Shown: one piece after another, positions 11,928 to 23,890 of the stretch
Layout: each line of letters begins with the position of its first letter
Position numbering within the stretch: the first letter of the stretch is position 1
Assembly (NCBI GenBank): GCA_012026655.1
Contig: JAAILG010000170.1
Coordinates: forward strand, 1-64,000
Reading direction: 5' to 3'
Length of the DNA stretch: 64,000 bases
DNA from: Hydrolagus affinis
Lineage: Eukaryota
Notes under the pieces: generated by a model
Database searches by the model: none
Seen by the model: only the letters and a program-made list of their open reading frames with translations
Told to the model about the DNA's origin: nothing
Translations under genes and position numbers: made by a program

Positions 11928-14900
11928 CCAAAATTCAAGCCAGACTTGTGCTGCGTTCTGTGCTGCCGTGTTTGGCGGGCAGTTGTGCGGGTTTTGTTGC
12001 GGTCGAGCGAATGCAGTGTAGTGTGCACATGCTTGGGTTCCAGCTTAGAAGTGCAGGAGCAGGTGGTATGATGCGATCCTGCAGCATATGCACCAATGTC
12101 TGCGCAGAACTCAAATGCACGTTACCGCTCTTGCATGCGTTTAACCCAGTGGCGGTACAAAGCAGGTGGTTTTCAGGCGTGTCTCTGCGAGAGCCTCGGG
12201 CTGTCAATCTTGAGAGTCAGTCAAGCAAACAAAACTGCTCGCCAGCCTGTAGAGCAGTCTAAAGTGCTGCCATTGGCCTGGACAACCACCAGAGAGAGAG
12301 ACAGAGAGAGAGCGGCACAAAGATAAGAACAGTATTTCTCAAGCAGTAGCTTTAAAACAGATAAGTCTTGAATATTAAAGTTAATCCGGACCCTAGGGGT
12401 GGGTTAGAAGACAAACTGCAGTCGGTAATAATAAATAATCCTCGCATTTGATACACCGCCTATCACATCAGGAGGATATGTCAAAGCCCTTCCTTCACAG
12501 GATAAAGTGTAGACTACAGCAACTGTATTTTGTGGGCGATAGATAGGGTGGTAACTGATTGAAAAGCAGTGTTGGAAACACTCTAGAAATTAAAACATGG
12601 CATTCGCTGATTTGAAAAAGTGCCAACGTTGACATGCGTCTGATACTGGGAAACACTCATACAGGCTGGTCTGTGAAGTTATTGAGCTTGTTGTGGGAAC
12701 AGTGCAATGAATGACTTGTATTGTTAGCAATTTAATTGAACCAAATATAAAAAACACAAGAATTGACACAATTGCAGTAATTGGCATGAATGGAGATTGC
12801 ACTCAGAAACAGGCAGGAACTCACAGATCATGTTTTAGCACCCTCTGTTCTGCATTACTGCTCTATCTTATTATGTACATGCAAACTCTACAGCTAAGGT
12901 GTACTTTATCAGATTTTCGTGTAACGTTAATGAGGAAGTGTGCAGCCGCACTCAGAATAAACCCATTCTGAGAATGTGTTGTCTGCAATAAAAGCACAGC
13001 AGGAACTCTAAAGGGCACCAATGGATTGCTATTGTTTTTCATTGGTGCACTAAAGTGGTGGATTGACAATGCTGGCAAATTGAATGGTTTGTCACTTTGC
13101 ATATTAATGAAAGCAGGAAAGGAATTTCTCAATGACAGCCAGCAAGGTCAAACTCTATTGTACCTGTTTGAAAAGCGGCGTTGCAAACACTCTTCCAATT
13201 GAAACTTGGCGTCCGTTGATGAATGACTATTGTTGGAAAATGCGCTGAAAATTGCTACTTTTACAAGTCTTCTTTCTTGTGGCTTAAATGCCGCCCCCCT
13301 CCCCCCCGCCCCCCCACCACCCTCCACCCCCATTCAGACGTTTGGAGCATTCACTCCATGGTAAAATTGGATCCAATTTGGGGGCTTTGGCTAACTTTTA
13401 ACCAAGAAATACCAAACTGGGCCACACACAGAAGGATCTCTTGTGGTGGCCTGCATAAATGCAACAGTAAGGACACTATGTGAAAATTGAGCATATTAGA
13501 GGGGTTACCTCAGTCTTCATCATCAAGACGAGACATAAACCAGACTGAGCTCATCCTTCATTGTGGCACAGAATTGCCACAGGCATGCAATTGTCCAAAT
13601 TCCTGCTCTGAACAGGGATGATAAAATCTTTTTAACTCCATTATTCCGCAAGTCATCAAATGTGAAGGATCTTGTTTTTTTCCAATAAATGCAGATGCTG
13701 TTTCCTTAAGGATTACATTACTTATTCTTGATTGCTATTTTGCTCTTTTTATCTTCCGAACAATGTCTCTTGAAATGTGAACAGAGTGTGGTCTCTTTGT
13801 ATTGTAGAAAATGCAATGAGAATGAATCCTGAATATGGCACAAAGCTATAATAATAGGATCCAAACAGCAAGCAGTTCTATTTTATGTAACAAACTTTGC
13901 ATTTGACATTGTGTCTTTTCACATCATCACGCTTCATAGGATTTCACTGTAAGGTGTAGTGACTATTTTATTGGTGAATGTGGCAGAGCCAATTTGCGCA
14001 CAACAATGTCCCACAAACACCCATGAAGTGAAAGATCACTTTTAAGTTGCAGTTTATAGACAGCGCACTAGGAGAAAACACAAGAAAGGTTAAAATTGTG
14101 TTGAGTTTTATTTTCTTGTGTGAGACCTAACTATAGGATAATAGTTCTGAAATTATAACTTGTTTAAGATAAAATACTTTGCTTTTTGTTTTGTACTGGG
14201 TGTATCCAGAGCAAGTCTATTAGTATGACAACAATGACTCATGATATAAACTGCAAAAATGGTTTTCACTTTACATGTAGGAGAACATCTCTAAGCACTT
14301 TATATTAAGACTTGGAGCCCTTTTTGTGTGTGTGTGTTTGTACATGGGGAGGGGGCGCGGTGGTATGAGATGGATGAAGATGCAGTCGAACAGGTCATGT
14401 TTTTAGACAGGTTTTGAAAGCAGAGGGAGGGAGTGAGAGATAGGAATTTTGGAAGAGAAATCTCTTTTAGGTGACAACATTGTAATTTTAATCCAATATG
14501 CTTGCATTTTCCAACTAGCAGCTTGTCACATCGAGACATTGCAAAGTGCTTCACATGTTATCAACACATTTTTTTTTTAAAAAGAAGCCGTGGTGGAGTG
14601 TGTTTTGTTGCTGGACATTAAAATGATTCAACCAGATTTCAGGAATGATTGCATTAAGGGAAGTTAACCTGAGAAAATGTTGCCTTTTCTGGGATGTCAG
14701 CGTTTGAATCTAAAGATGGGAATGATTAATTAATTATCGCGGAATCATTTCATGAGGAATGTCGCTGGCAGCTGGCTATGTTATTGTTATTATATACAGC
14801 TGGATATAGGAAGGAAACATTCTACAGATCACTAGCACCAAAGCTGTGCAGACGATTGTCAACTTGTCATCCCCTTGTAGTGTGCTGCGTAGGGGTGATA

Positions 14901-15734
14901 TTTTATTTATAACACACCGAGATCTGATGTGTAAAATATTTAAAGTTTTAAAGAGGCAGGTGAACAGCATCAGTCAGTGCGGAGTACATGAAGGTCGTTC
15001 AATCCACCTCATCAAACAGACTGTGAATGATTTGCACTGTCAAGGATTTGTGCTGGCTTAAAGGTTTTTAATACCTCCATTTACTTTGCCACTGTCAGCA
15101 GCCCCTGATTGAAGGCAGAGTAGATGAGGTCTCATTATTGCCTTTGGGGTACTGCACACTACTAAAAGAGGTGGTGTTCTTTCTCTTGCATCTGTGTTGA
15201 AATCAGCGTCTCTGCAAGATAAACACTTAGTCAGTCCATCGGAGGTCAAAGTGACTCCCATCACTATTCAGTATGAAGAGACTTTCAAGTTCCAGCCCAT
15301 GGAACAACCAGGGCAACAGGTCAGAGTAAAAGTTAGCGAACAGACCAGTTTGTACAAAATATACAGTCAATCCACTCTATTTTGTGAAGCGCTTTGCGAT
15401 ATCTCCATAGCATGATAGGATGCTATATCAAATGCAAGGATTCTTATTCTACAAAAGGAGGGCATAGGGAAAGAGAGGGAATTGAGATTAGAGTGAGTAG
15501 CTCCAGAGATGGGTTTCGCAACAGTATAGGCCAGGTAACAAGCAAAGGGCAAAAACACTCGCACACCAAAATGGTTTCACTCCCACTTGTCTACAGAGGT
15601 TGTGCAGAATCGAAGATTGTCTTGCTGACACGTTTAATGATGGCAATGTACCCAGACATCTCTGTGTGCAGTACGAGCAGCGAATGATATTTTCACAGAC
15701 GAGCAAGATTTTAATTTTCAAGGCTGTAAAGTAC

Positions 15735-16245
15735 AATGGTGGAACTGCCATCTTTCGGATGAGAAGTTACATCAAGTTTGCCTGTTCAGGTGGATGTTAA
15801 CAATCTTCTTTGACTTCTCGAAAAGAGAATGGAATTTCCCCGAGAGACAGAACCCCAGACAAAATTGGGCATTCATGGCTGTCTGTGGCATACTGCTGCA
15901 TGTAAATTTGTTGCTGTATTTGCCTAATAAATACAGTCACTACACATTACAGTAAATCTCACTTTGGCACATTTTGATAACATGATAAGGCTCTGTTGCA
16001 AGGATGATTTTTATTATTATTCTTAAAGATCCACCAATTAAAGTCCTGGCCAATATTCCTCCTTTATCTAATTTCACCAATAAAACATAATTAGTCATTC
16101 ATTGCAATTTGTGGGAAAGTCTCTGAGATCACAGTAGTTGCTGCATTTGCCAACATAACTGCACTTCAAAGTAACTCATTATGTGGAGCGCTTTGAGATG
16201 TTTCAATATGATAAGGCACTGCATACATTATTATTTTATTTATTG
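15735..16245 (+). mobile_element. Two adjacent Deu-domain SINE fragments
   Basis: gccatctttcggatgagaagtt...cctgttcaggtggatgt core; second copy gtcctggccaatattcct...gcgctttgagatg. Confidence 0.7.
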
Positions 16246-18415
16246 AAATCTTCAATAGAAATAGAAATTCACTAGTCAGCTGAAACCCACAGTTAGGCAG
16301 ATATATTCTTTTATCAAGTGGTTCAGCACATTTGAGACAATTCAGAAAGTACTGTACAACGTTGGGAACATGCCACAACAAAGATATGGTAAATGTAGTT
16401 CGCTGCGGGCATTCTTTTGCAAGCAAAAGGAATATAATTCAGCCCTTAGTGTGTTTGTGTCGTAGTGAGTAACATGATCATATGTTAAGATTGTGAGTGG
16501 GGCAATTCCAGTGTTTGCAATGAGATTATAAATATGTTGCTGAATCAGCCAAGTTTACATCAACATAGCCTTATTACCAGTTTCACACCCAGATAAGCTT
16601 TGGTGGCGTAAAGGGCTGTACATGTTTTTGTGGGGAGGAGGATAATTCCAGAGATCACATTGTGTTGTCCTTTAAGATTGTTTTGTCTGAAAATTTGCCG
16701 TTTTGCAGAGTTGTGGAAAAATTCTCAAAAATCACTCTCGTTTCCAAGCCGATTTTCCACAAAAAGAACAGGCTCTCAAATGAAGACAGAATTTTTCTGC
16801 GCAATCATACATTTTTAACACACAACAGTCTCACATGCTATGGAGATGGAATTTCAGAAGCACTCCTGCTTGGGTAATGCTGTTAAATAATAAGTCCAGA
16901 CACTGATGTACCAAATACTCTATACTTGTGGACTGAGGACAAGAGGGAGAAGTGAATAGAGAGTATGGGAGAGGGCATTGAGGCGATGTGAAATACAAAC
17001 ACAAGCATGGAGTAGCTGGGCTGCATGGCTTATTTTTGTGCTGTAATGTTCTGTGCATAATTGTGCTATGTGGGGGTGAGTGGCAAACTAAGGAGAAATG
17101 CGACACGTTCACACATCCTTGAGTTTTGTGCGTCACACCCATATTTCTTGCTTGCTCCATGTGTTTTCAATAGGTGTTGTGTGACTGTTCTGTCTATGGT
17201 TTATTTCTGTTCTGTGTATCTCTGGTAGAATGGAACGTGTAATGTTTTGAAAGGGACAGTATTGTCCACTAACTTGTGAGGGAAGAAGCATACAACCGAG
17301 CAGTGAATAAAGTCACATAGAAGCATGCTGGAAGATTGAAGACAAATTTCTGAAGAGTGCAAGCTGTAGCACTGTGTTCCACACAAGCTGCAAAACATCC
17401 TAGTGTGACAAAACGGTCCTTTAATTAAAGGGATATATTTGCCCCAGAACAATTATTTTTGGAAAGGAAACAACCTAACAATTCTGTAATTTGCTTTTTT
17501 GTAAGAAAAAAAACCTTGAATGCCAGATGTGGGTAGGAGTCAATTTAGAAAAAATGTTAAATGTAATGGCAGACGAGGATTGACTCACACACCAAGGAAT
17601 AGACCTGTTCTTTAATCGGTTCTGTGAAGCTGAGACAGGGAATACTATTCCATTTGGCAGTACGGAATTGAAAAGCGATTGTAAAATTGTAAAACTAACA
17701 AAAAGGACAAAAAAGAGATTGGTGACCTTGTAGGTTAGAGACTATTCCCTGTGAATGTCCCTATTCATTGCAGAGCAGAATTTGTGTGGGCTTTCTGCTT
17801 TGCCCCTTCAGATAAAAATAAATGTTTAAAAGTGGGAGGGAAAAAAAAACACAACAGGTTTACATCATTTTTACCAGCTGCTGTAGCTTGAAGTCAAACA
17901 TAGCCAAGTGGTGTTCGCAGCAGGACGAGATCATCTGAACTTGGCAAAAGTTGTGGCAGCTCATAAAAAGGGGAAAAAGCCACACAAGCCTAGGCGGAAT
18001 TAATATATCGATGGTTAGAAAGCAAATCAGCTGTACTGAGATGTTCTGAGACTCCAAGCTACCTGCCTGTCTATGTTTCCCTGCCGTCCATCACCTGATT
18101 TGAACACCCGCAGGCCAGTACAATTTGATTGGCATCAGATTGTAATTCCATTAAGGCCTCTGGGATGGTTGCAGTCCCTTTGGTCTGTGCATTAGTGATG
18201 TCAACTACTTCAGTCAGAAAAGGTTATAGTGACTTTTGGGCTGTTAGACTTAATACACAAGATGTTGTCAGGGTATTTAGTTCCGTGCACTAATTTTTTT
18301 TATATATCGTTGAATCTGCTTGAGACTGGTTTAGAACTATTCATTTTCTAAGCTACCTAGTAGCAATGATCACTGCTCTTCACCAGCGAGTATCACATAG
18401 TAGTGACACACAGTA

Positions 18416-18494
18416 GTCAGAACAGTTCTGACGAAGGGTCATGAACCCGAAATGTTGACTCACTTTCCTTTCTCCATGGTGCGGCCTGACCTAC
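18416..18494 (+). mobile_element. Penelope-like element fragment with hammerhead-like core
   Basis: gtcagaac-a-gttctgac inverted junction, then CTGACGA-AGGGT-catga-ACCC-GAAA; homologous to 18599-18818. Confidence 0.7.
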
Positions 18495-18598
18495 TTTTAA
18501 TAGTTTAAAAGGCATTAACGTCCCTAGATTGGTCACTCCTTGCTTCTGCGTGACTGAAAACTATTTTAGCGGGAAAGCTAAACATGAATGAACCACAA

Positions 18599-18818
18599 AA
18601 GCAAAAGTTGCTGGGGAAACTCAGCAGGTCAAACAGCATCCGTGGAGAAAGGAAAAAGAGTCAACGTTTCGGGTCTACAACCCTTCGTCAGGACAGTAGA
18701 CCCGAAACGTTGACTCTTTTTCCTTTCTCCATGGATGCTGTTTGACCTGCTGAGTTTCCCCAGCAACTTCTGTTTTTGTTTCAGATTTCCAGCATCTGTA
18801 GTATTTTGTGTTTTGTTT
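18599..18818. mobile_element. Penelope-like palindromic insertion with 15-bp target-site duplication
   Basis: 74-bp inverted arms 18605-18678 / 18696-18769 (1 mismatch), 17-nt loop; flanked by ATGAATGAACCACAA at 18584-18598 and 18819-18833. Confidence 0.85.
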
Positions 18819-20344
18819 ATGAATGAACCACAACTGTTAGATATCAGAAAAATGATCTGTGTGTTAAATATAATGCTCAGCTTTCCTGCTTGTGCATGGT
18901 CTGTGTGTTATTGTCAAACACATAGCTTTTGGAGAAATTAGAAGAGGTGTCCTAGCATTACTCTCACTACATGTCAATGATTGGTTGTTGACCGCCAGTC
19001 TGCACAGCCATCATTTAAAGTTATGGATTTCTTAATGTTTTTGAACAAGCTTAGATCCACTGCATCACTGGTCAATTTCTAATAATTGTACGGAAGTCAA
19101 TGTTCCAATTACCTCTTCTCATTACCGATGATCATCACTGCCAGTCCGATCATCAGCAAACAGCCCGTGTTTGGGTAGCCAGCTCTCAGCTCTGCCTTCA
19201 CTCACTCAACATTACAGCAAATGGCCAGTATCACCATGAGTGGCCCTTCTATCACTGCTACACAGCCAGGTGGTGCAATGGAGAAAAGGCATCAGCTGTG
19301 TGGAGCCTGTGTGTTTTGCCTTTTATTTGACTGCACAAAGGGATGATTGCCAGTAAAGGTTGCTTCCATAGGAACAGGAATGCAACAGGACAAGAAAAGC
19401 CAGTGGAGCTCCATCTGGCCAGTCACAAAGTAAGAAACACAGTGGTAACATCTGCAGTGGTTTCTTAACATTGTGTAAACCAACACAAGAATTGGGTGAA
19501 GAGCTGTGATACCCCACTGCTGAACTAAGCTTTTTTGTCAGGAGTTGACCATTGTCCAGGCAATAGAAACATTTGGGCCTGTTTCCGTGCCAAATCTCTG
19601 TGTAATTCTATGTAAATAGCTTTGTGCTTTGCGCTCACCAAGCCTCCTGCTCCAACGGTTTAATGGAAGGAGCATTGGCAGTCTGGGTGCTGCATTGAAT
19701 GCCCTGTTTTCACGATGGTGGAAAACCATTCTAAATTATATCCCACACTCCTACGTTAATCAACCTCAAATTCCTCAGAGTATCCAATTGAAGACCATCT
19801 TAAACTTCAGAAGCAATCAATTTCCATGATACAGACTCGAATTTGAGCACCTAATTTCTTATTCGGAGAAGCAGTCACTGCCAAATGTGTTCCTTAAGCT
19901 TGCACACACAGTGCCATGACTTGAGTCACTCTATTATTTGCGGGTGACGTTGCCCTGAAAAAATGACAAGTGGCCTTTCTACTCTAATTCATTCTGAACA
20001 CCTATTCATAAATACAATGTCCTATTAAATCTATGCTCTCAAATTTGATCACAAAAGCACAGAAATCTAGAATCTTCAAGTCCCTAATTTTAGCAACATT
20101 GCAGACGTGTGTCAAGAAATCGTGCTAACAGGACAGTTTGTGTACCATGCTGCTCTCAGAAACTAGCGTTTAAACACAGGAAAATAGAGCATCTTATTCT
20201 GTCATTCTCATCTACATTTTCAGTACCACTTGCAGATGAGAAGCCAGAATAAAACTGGTTTTGAACTGTAGCTAATGAGATAAACAACTGTCAAAACACA
20301 ATCACCAGAGGAACCACACCTATTTTCATTGTCTCCTCTGATGG

Positions 20345-20660
20345 TTCTTTAAAATTACATAGGCTTTTGATGCAGTAGATAGGGAGAAATTACTTCCACT
20401 GGTTGGTGAGTCAATGACTAGAGGGCATCGTTTTAAGATAATTAACAAGAGAACAAAGGAAGATCTTTTCAAATACAGAGTGTTGTTAGGATCTGGAACA
20501 CTCTGCTGGGTGTGGTGGCAAAATCTATATTGGCTTTGAAGCGGAAGATAGGCACATATCTAAAAATGAGTGATTTTCAGAGATAAGTGGAAATAGCAGG
20601 CAAATGGGTCTGAAAAAGACATGTTCTAAATGGACATCTTCTGTGCTGTAACTTTCAATG
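20345..20660 (+). mobile_element. CR1-type LINE 3' fragment
   Basis: gactagagggcatcgttttaag (TRGH), gttgttaggatctggaacactctgc (VVRIWNTL), tail cttctgtgctgtaact. Confidence 0.8.
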
Positions 20661-21266
20661 GTAAACAACATTGTGGCAGTCAAAAACATTGCAGCACATT
20701 GAAAGAATTATCAACAGAATAGAGGAGAGCAGAACCTTTGCCCGAGGGTAGGGCGAATCCTTTGGAAGAGAGAGATAATGGGTGCATCATTCCAGTCAAA
20801 GGGAAATCACCATGTGCAACCCCTCCCTTAGAATTGAATAAGTGGAACTTGTGAGTTACTTTTGAGAATGTGATGGGTTTCTGCATGTAGCAAACACTGG
20901 GCTGACCAAAAGAAACTGGAAGAAGTGGCAACCCAGGAGAGAGAGTTATACTGGAATCCAGGAACATTTCATTCTGAATTAAATGCCATTATTCGTGCGC
21001 AGGTCACAGTGAATGTAATTTGGTTGCATTCAAGCATGCCTCAAAAGACCTCTGGAAGATGCATTAATGAAGGAGGCAATTGAAGCACCACCATGCCGGG
21101 CTTTACAAAACGTGCATCTGAGCGGCCACCAGCAGCAGACTAGATAAAGCAGACTGGTGCCATGGGATATCATTGCTTAGTTGTGCAAGCACTCTGCAGT
21201 TCGGCAGGGCTGTTTTCAAACTGACACATTTCCAATTATGGAACTTTTTTTTTAAATTGCTGTTCA

Positions 21267-21559
21267 GGAATCCTACAGCTCAGTGTAGCTCACAAGCAAA
21301 AGACCTGAGTTCGATTCCCAGCAGGGCGAAACCTTGGGCAAGTTTCCTTACTCCACATGCCTGATAAAAATCCTTCAAGAAAAAAAACAGTAACAAAATT
21401 GATCACTTCAATTCATGACTGTTTGTGGGACACTGCTGTGCGCAATTGGCCGCCGCGTTTCGCTCACAATTCAATTCACTTTACAATGTATTCTGTGAAG
21501 CACTTTGAATCTAGATGACTTGAAAAGCGTTAGAACCAATTTGAAGGATTATTATTATT
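21267..21559 (+). mobile_element. tRNA-derived SINE, near full length
   Basis: B box gagttcgattccc, shared body and (ATT)n tail. Confidence 0.9.
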
Positions 21560-22276
21560 TATTCTTGTTTTTGCGAAACACTGGGCATATTTGTTACCTT
21601 TCACAGAATATCCCTTTATTTTAGGAGTAAGCTAAGTGCTAACATTGGATGATGTATCTTTGAGTGAAAAATCAGTCTTCACATCTGCATTGGTGAAGTA
21701 CATGCATTGTCATGTGGTGGACTTCCATTTGCACCTTGGAAGTCTCAAGTTTCTCTGTAGCCTTGGGCATATTCTACAGGATCAGTGATGGCCAAAACCT
21801 TTTCGGTTGGCCAGCAAAAAAAAATCATGGAAATAACAAAGTAGCACACAGATTTATTTATCAAGAAACATTTATTATGTTGGAGGTTGGCCACCACTGT
21901 ACTGGATACTCACCCTGTGAAAGCAGCAGCCACTGCTGGATGCTGCAAAGCCACCTGCGACCATGCAAGGTTTACAGAGAATGCACTGCATCTGCCACTA
22001 ATCCTGCCAGGCCTGTACAGCACGAGGGGTCCCTGGTGCAGCGGTGGACGCCTGCTGTTCCTTGTATAAGGGGTACGTTCTGGCACATAACTGATGCTGG
22101 AATGAGTGCCAGCTGGCACCAACTCCACGGCTTGACACATGGCATCTGTGAGGTTTCATAATCCCTGCATCAAGGTTGTGCGTAAACCATTCTCCAAGAC
22201 AATCGAGGCCAGCTAAGACTGCAAATTGAGAGTTGTGACCTGAACTTTTTCAGAGCAGGGCAGACGAGAGGTGTTT

Positions 22277-23458
22277 CCTGTCTCAGTTGGTGGCACTCTT
22301 GCTTTTGAGTCAAAAGGTTGTGGGCTCAAACATGCAGATCAGCAACTTTGTCTAAGATGACACTCAAGAGCAATGTCTGAGGGTGCCTACATTGTCAGAA
22401 GTGCCATCTTTTGGATAAAACGTTAAAACCAAGGTCCTATCCGCCTGTTCAGGTGGTACTACAGTAGAAGCCGGTTTATCCGTGACTCGATGCACCGGCA
22501 CTTGCATATAACCGGCACGCTAAAAAAAAGTCTCCACTCGATAAACCGGAACTTATCCGGAACAATAGCAGTGGAGCATTTGTAAATGCATAAATAATAA
22601 CATAACAACAGAATATTGTATTGGCACTCATTGTCAAAACCACTCTCCTGCGCCCCCCACCCCCGATGGTAGATGCTGCGCTTGAAGCCATGATGCTGCG
22701 GTTGAGGTTTACAGTCCAGCGACTCCCCCCGAAATGGAGCACGCCAAGCGGGCAAAAAAAAAAGGACCGGGGAAAAAACTAGTATGACTTTAGTATGACC
22801 ATACTAGCGGCAAGCCGATAACGCTAGCCGATAACCCACATTGTCGCGCAGGTGCAGTATTTCAGTTTGCCGCTGGTAGAGTCTAGGGTTTCGGCTTGCA
22901 GCTGGTAAAGTTGCGCGACTTTAAAATTGCGCTGCTGCCCTTTTCACCCGCCTGGCGCCCCCCCATTCAAAAAAGAATCGCTGGACTGCAAACCCCAACC
23001 AGCAAAGATGAGAAGTACAAGAGAGCAGCCCCAACAACAAGCACCAACACAACATTGTGTCACTATCTGCCATTACTTCGTGCCATAACTGGTGTATATG
23101 GTGTTTGTTAAAAGAACTTTAATTTTTTTGTAGTGGGTTTTCGGCCACGAGCCGCCCGAATATCCGACAGGAGCTTTAACCGGCATTGGCCAGGTCCCAC
23201 GGGTGCCGGATAAATGGGCTTCTACTGTATTTGAAAATGAGAAAGGGGTTTCTTCCAGTGATCTGGCCAATAATCCTCCAGATAAGATTCATCATTCACT
23301 TAATTTGCTGTTTGTGGGACATTGCTGTACACAAATTGGCTGCCGCATTTGCCATATGAAATATACAGTCACTATGCTTAACAGTAAAATACTGTGAAGC
23401 AGTTTGAAATCTACCAACAATGAGGTAAGGCACTATTTCAAATGCAAGGATTGTTATT
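22277..23458 (+). mobile_element. Deu-domain SINE (SacSINE1-like), interrupted by a MITE
   Basis: Head ctcagttggtggcactcttgc, Deu core gtcagaagtgccatcttttggataaaacgttaaaaccaagg; resumes at 23228 tatttgaaaatgagaaagggg...ctggccaataatcc. Confidence 0.8.
22462..23227. mobile_element. Non-autonomous pogo/Tigger-like (Tc1-mariner) DNA transposon, 766 bp
   Basis: TIRs CAGTAGAAGCCggTTTATCCG / CGGATAAAtgGGCTTCTACTG (19/21); TA duplication at 22460-61 and 23228-29; no transposase ORF. Confidence 0.88.
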
Positions 23459-23820
23459 GCTGTGCTCTTAGTCTGATTAACTAAGGTCTCCACTGCAGGT
23501 GCCACTGATGGCAGATAAAACTGTCACTTAACAGATAGGAAGGATTAAAACCTGCCCACAAGCAAATAGACCTTTACACCATCACAGGAAATCTCTTTCA
23601 CAGAAAGCATAAAAGTTGGGTCATTCTCTTAACCCTTTTCCATACCAGCAAAATGAAAAATCCTGTGCCAAAATTCTACAAAGCACCTTTCTTCAAAAAA
23701 ATCAAAACATAATTGCAGCATTTGCTTATCGACAGGCTTTCCAACATGTGTGTACCTCTCAATTGGTTTGATAAACTACTTTACAAGTGGAAATCGCACA
23801 TTATTGCAGAGGCACCCACA

Positions 23821-23890
23821 TCATAAGAAGTGTAGCAGGAGTAGGCCATTCAGCCCCTCAAGCCTGCCCCACCATTTAATAAGATGATCA
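23821..23890 (-). mobile_element. CR1-type LINE 3' tail
   Basis: cataagaagtgtagcaggagtaggccattcagcccctcaagcctgccccaccatttaataagat. Confidence 0.75.

Noticed and set aside
11639-12262. 207-aa ORF
   Set aside because: Runs through a SINE, non-ATG start, no domain.
14990-15020. HLIK peptide as the missing small exon
   Set aside because: No flanking homology or splice sites; the real exon is at 58572-58630.
18553-18567. ACTGAAAACTATTTT (TENYF) resembling the start of human exon 4
   Set aside because: No AG acceptor and similarity stops after five codons.
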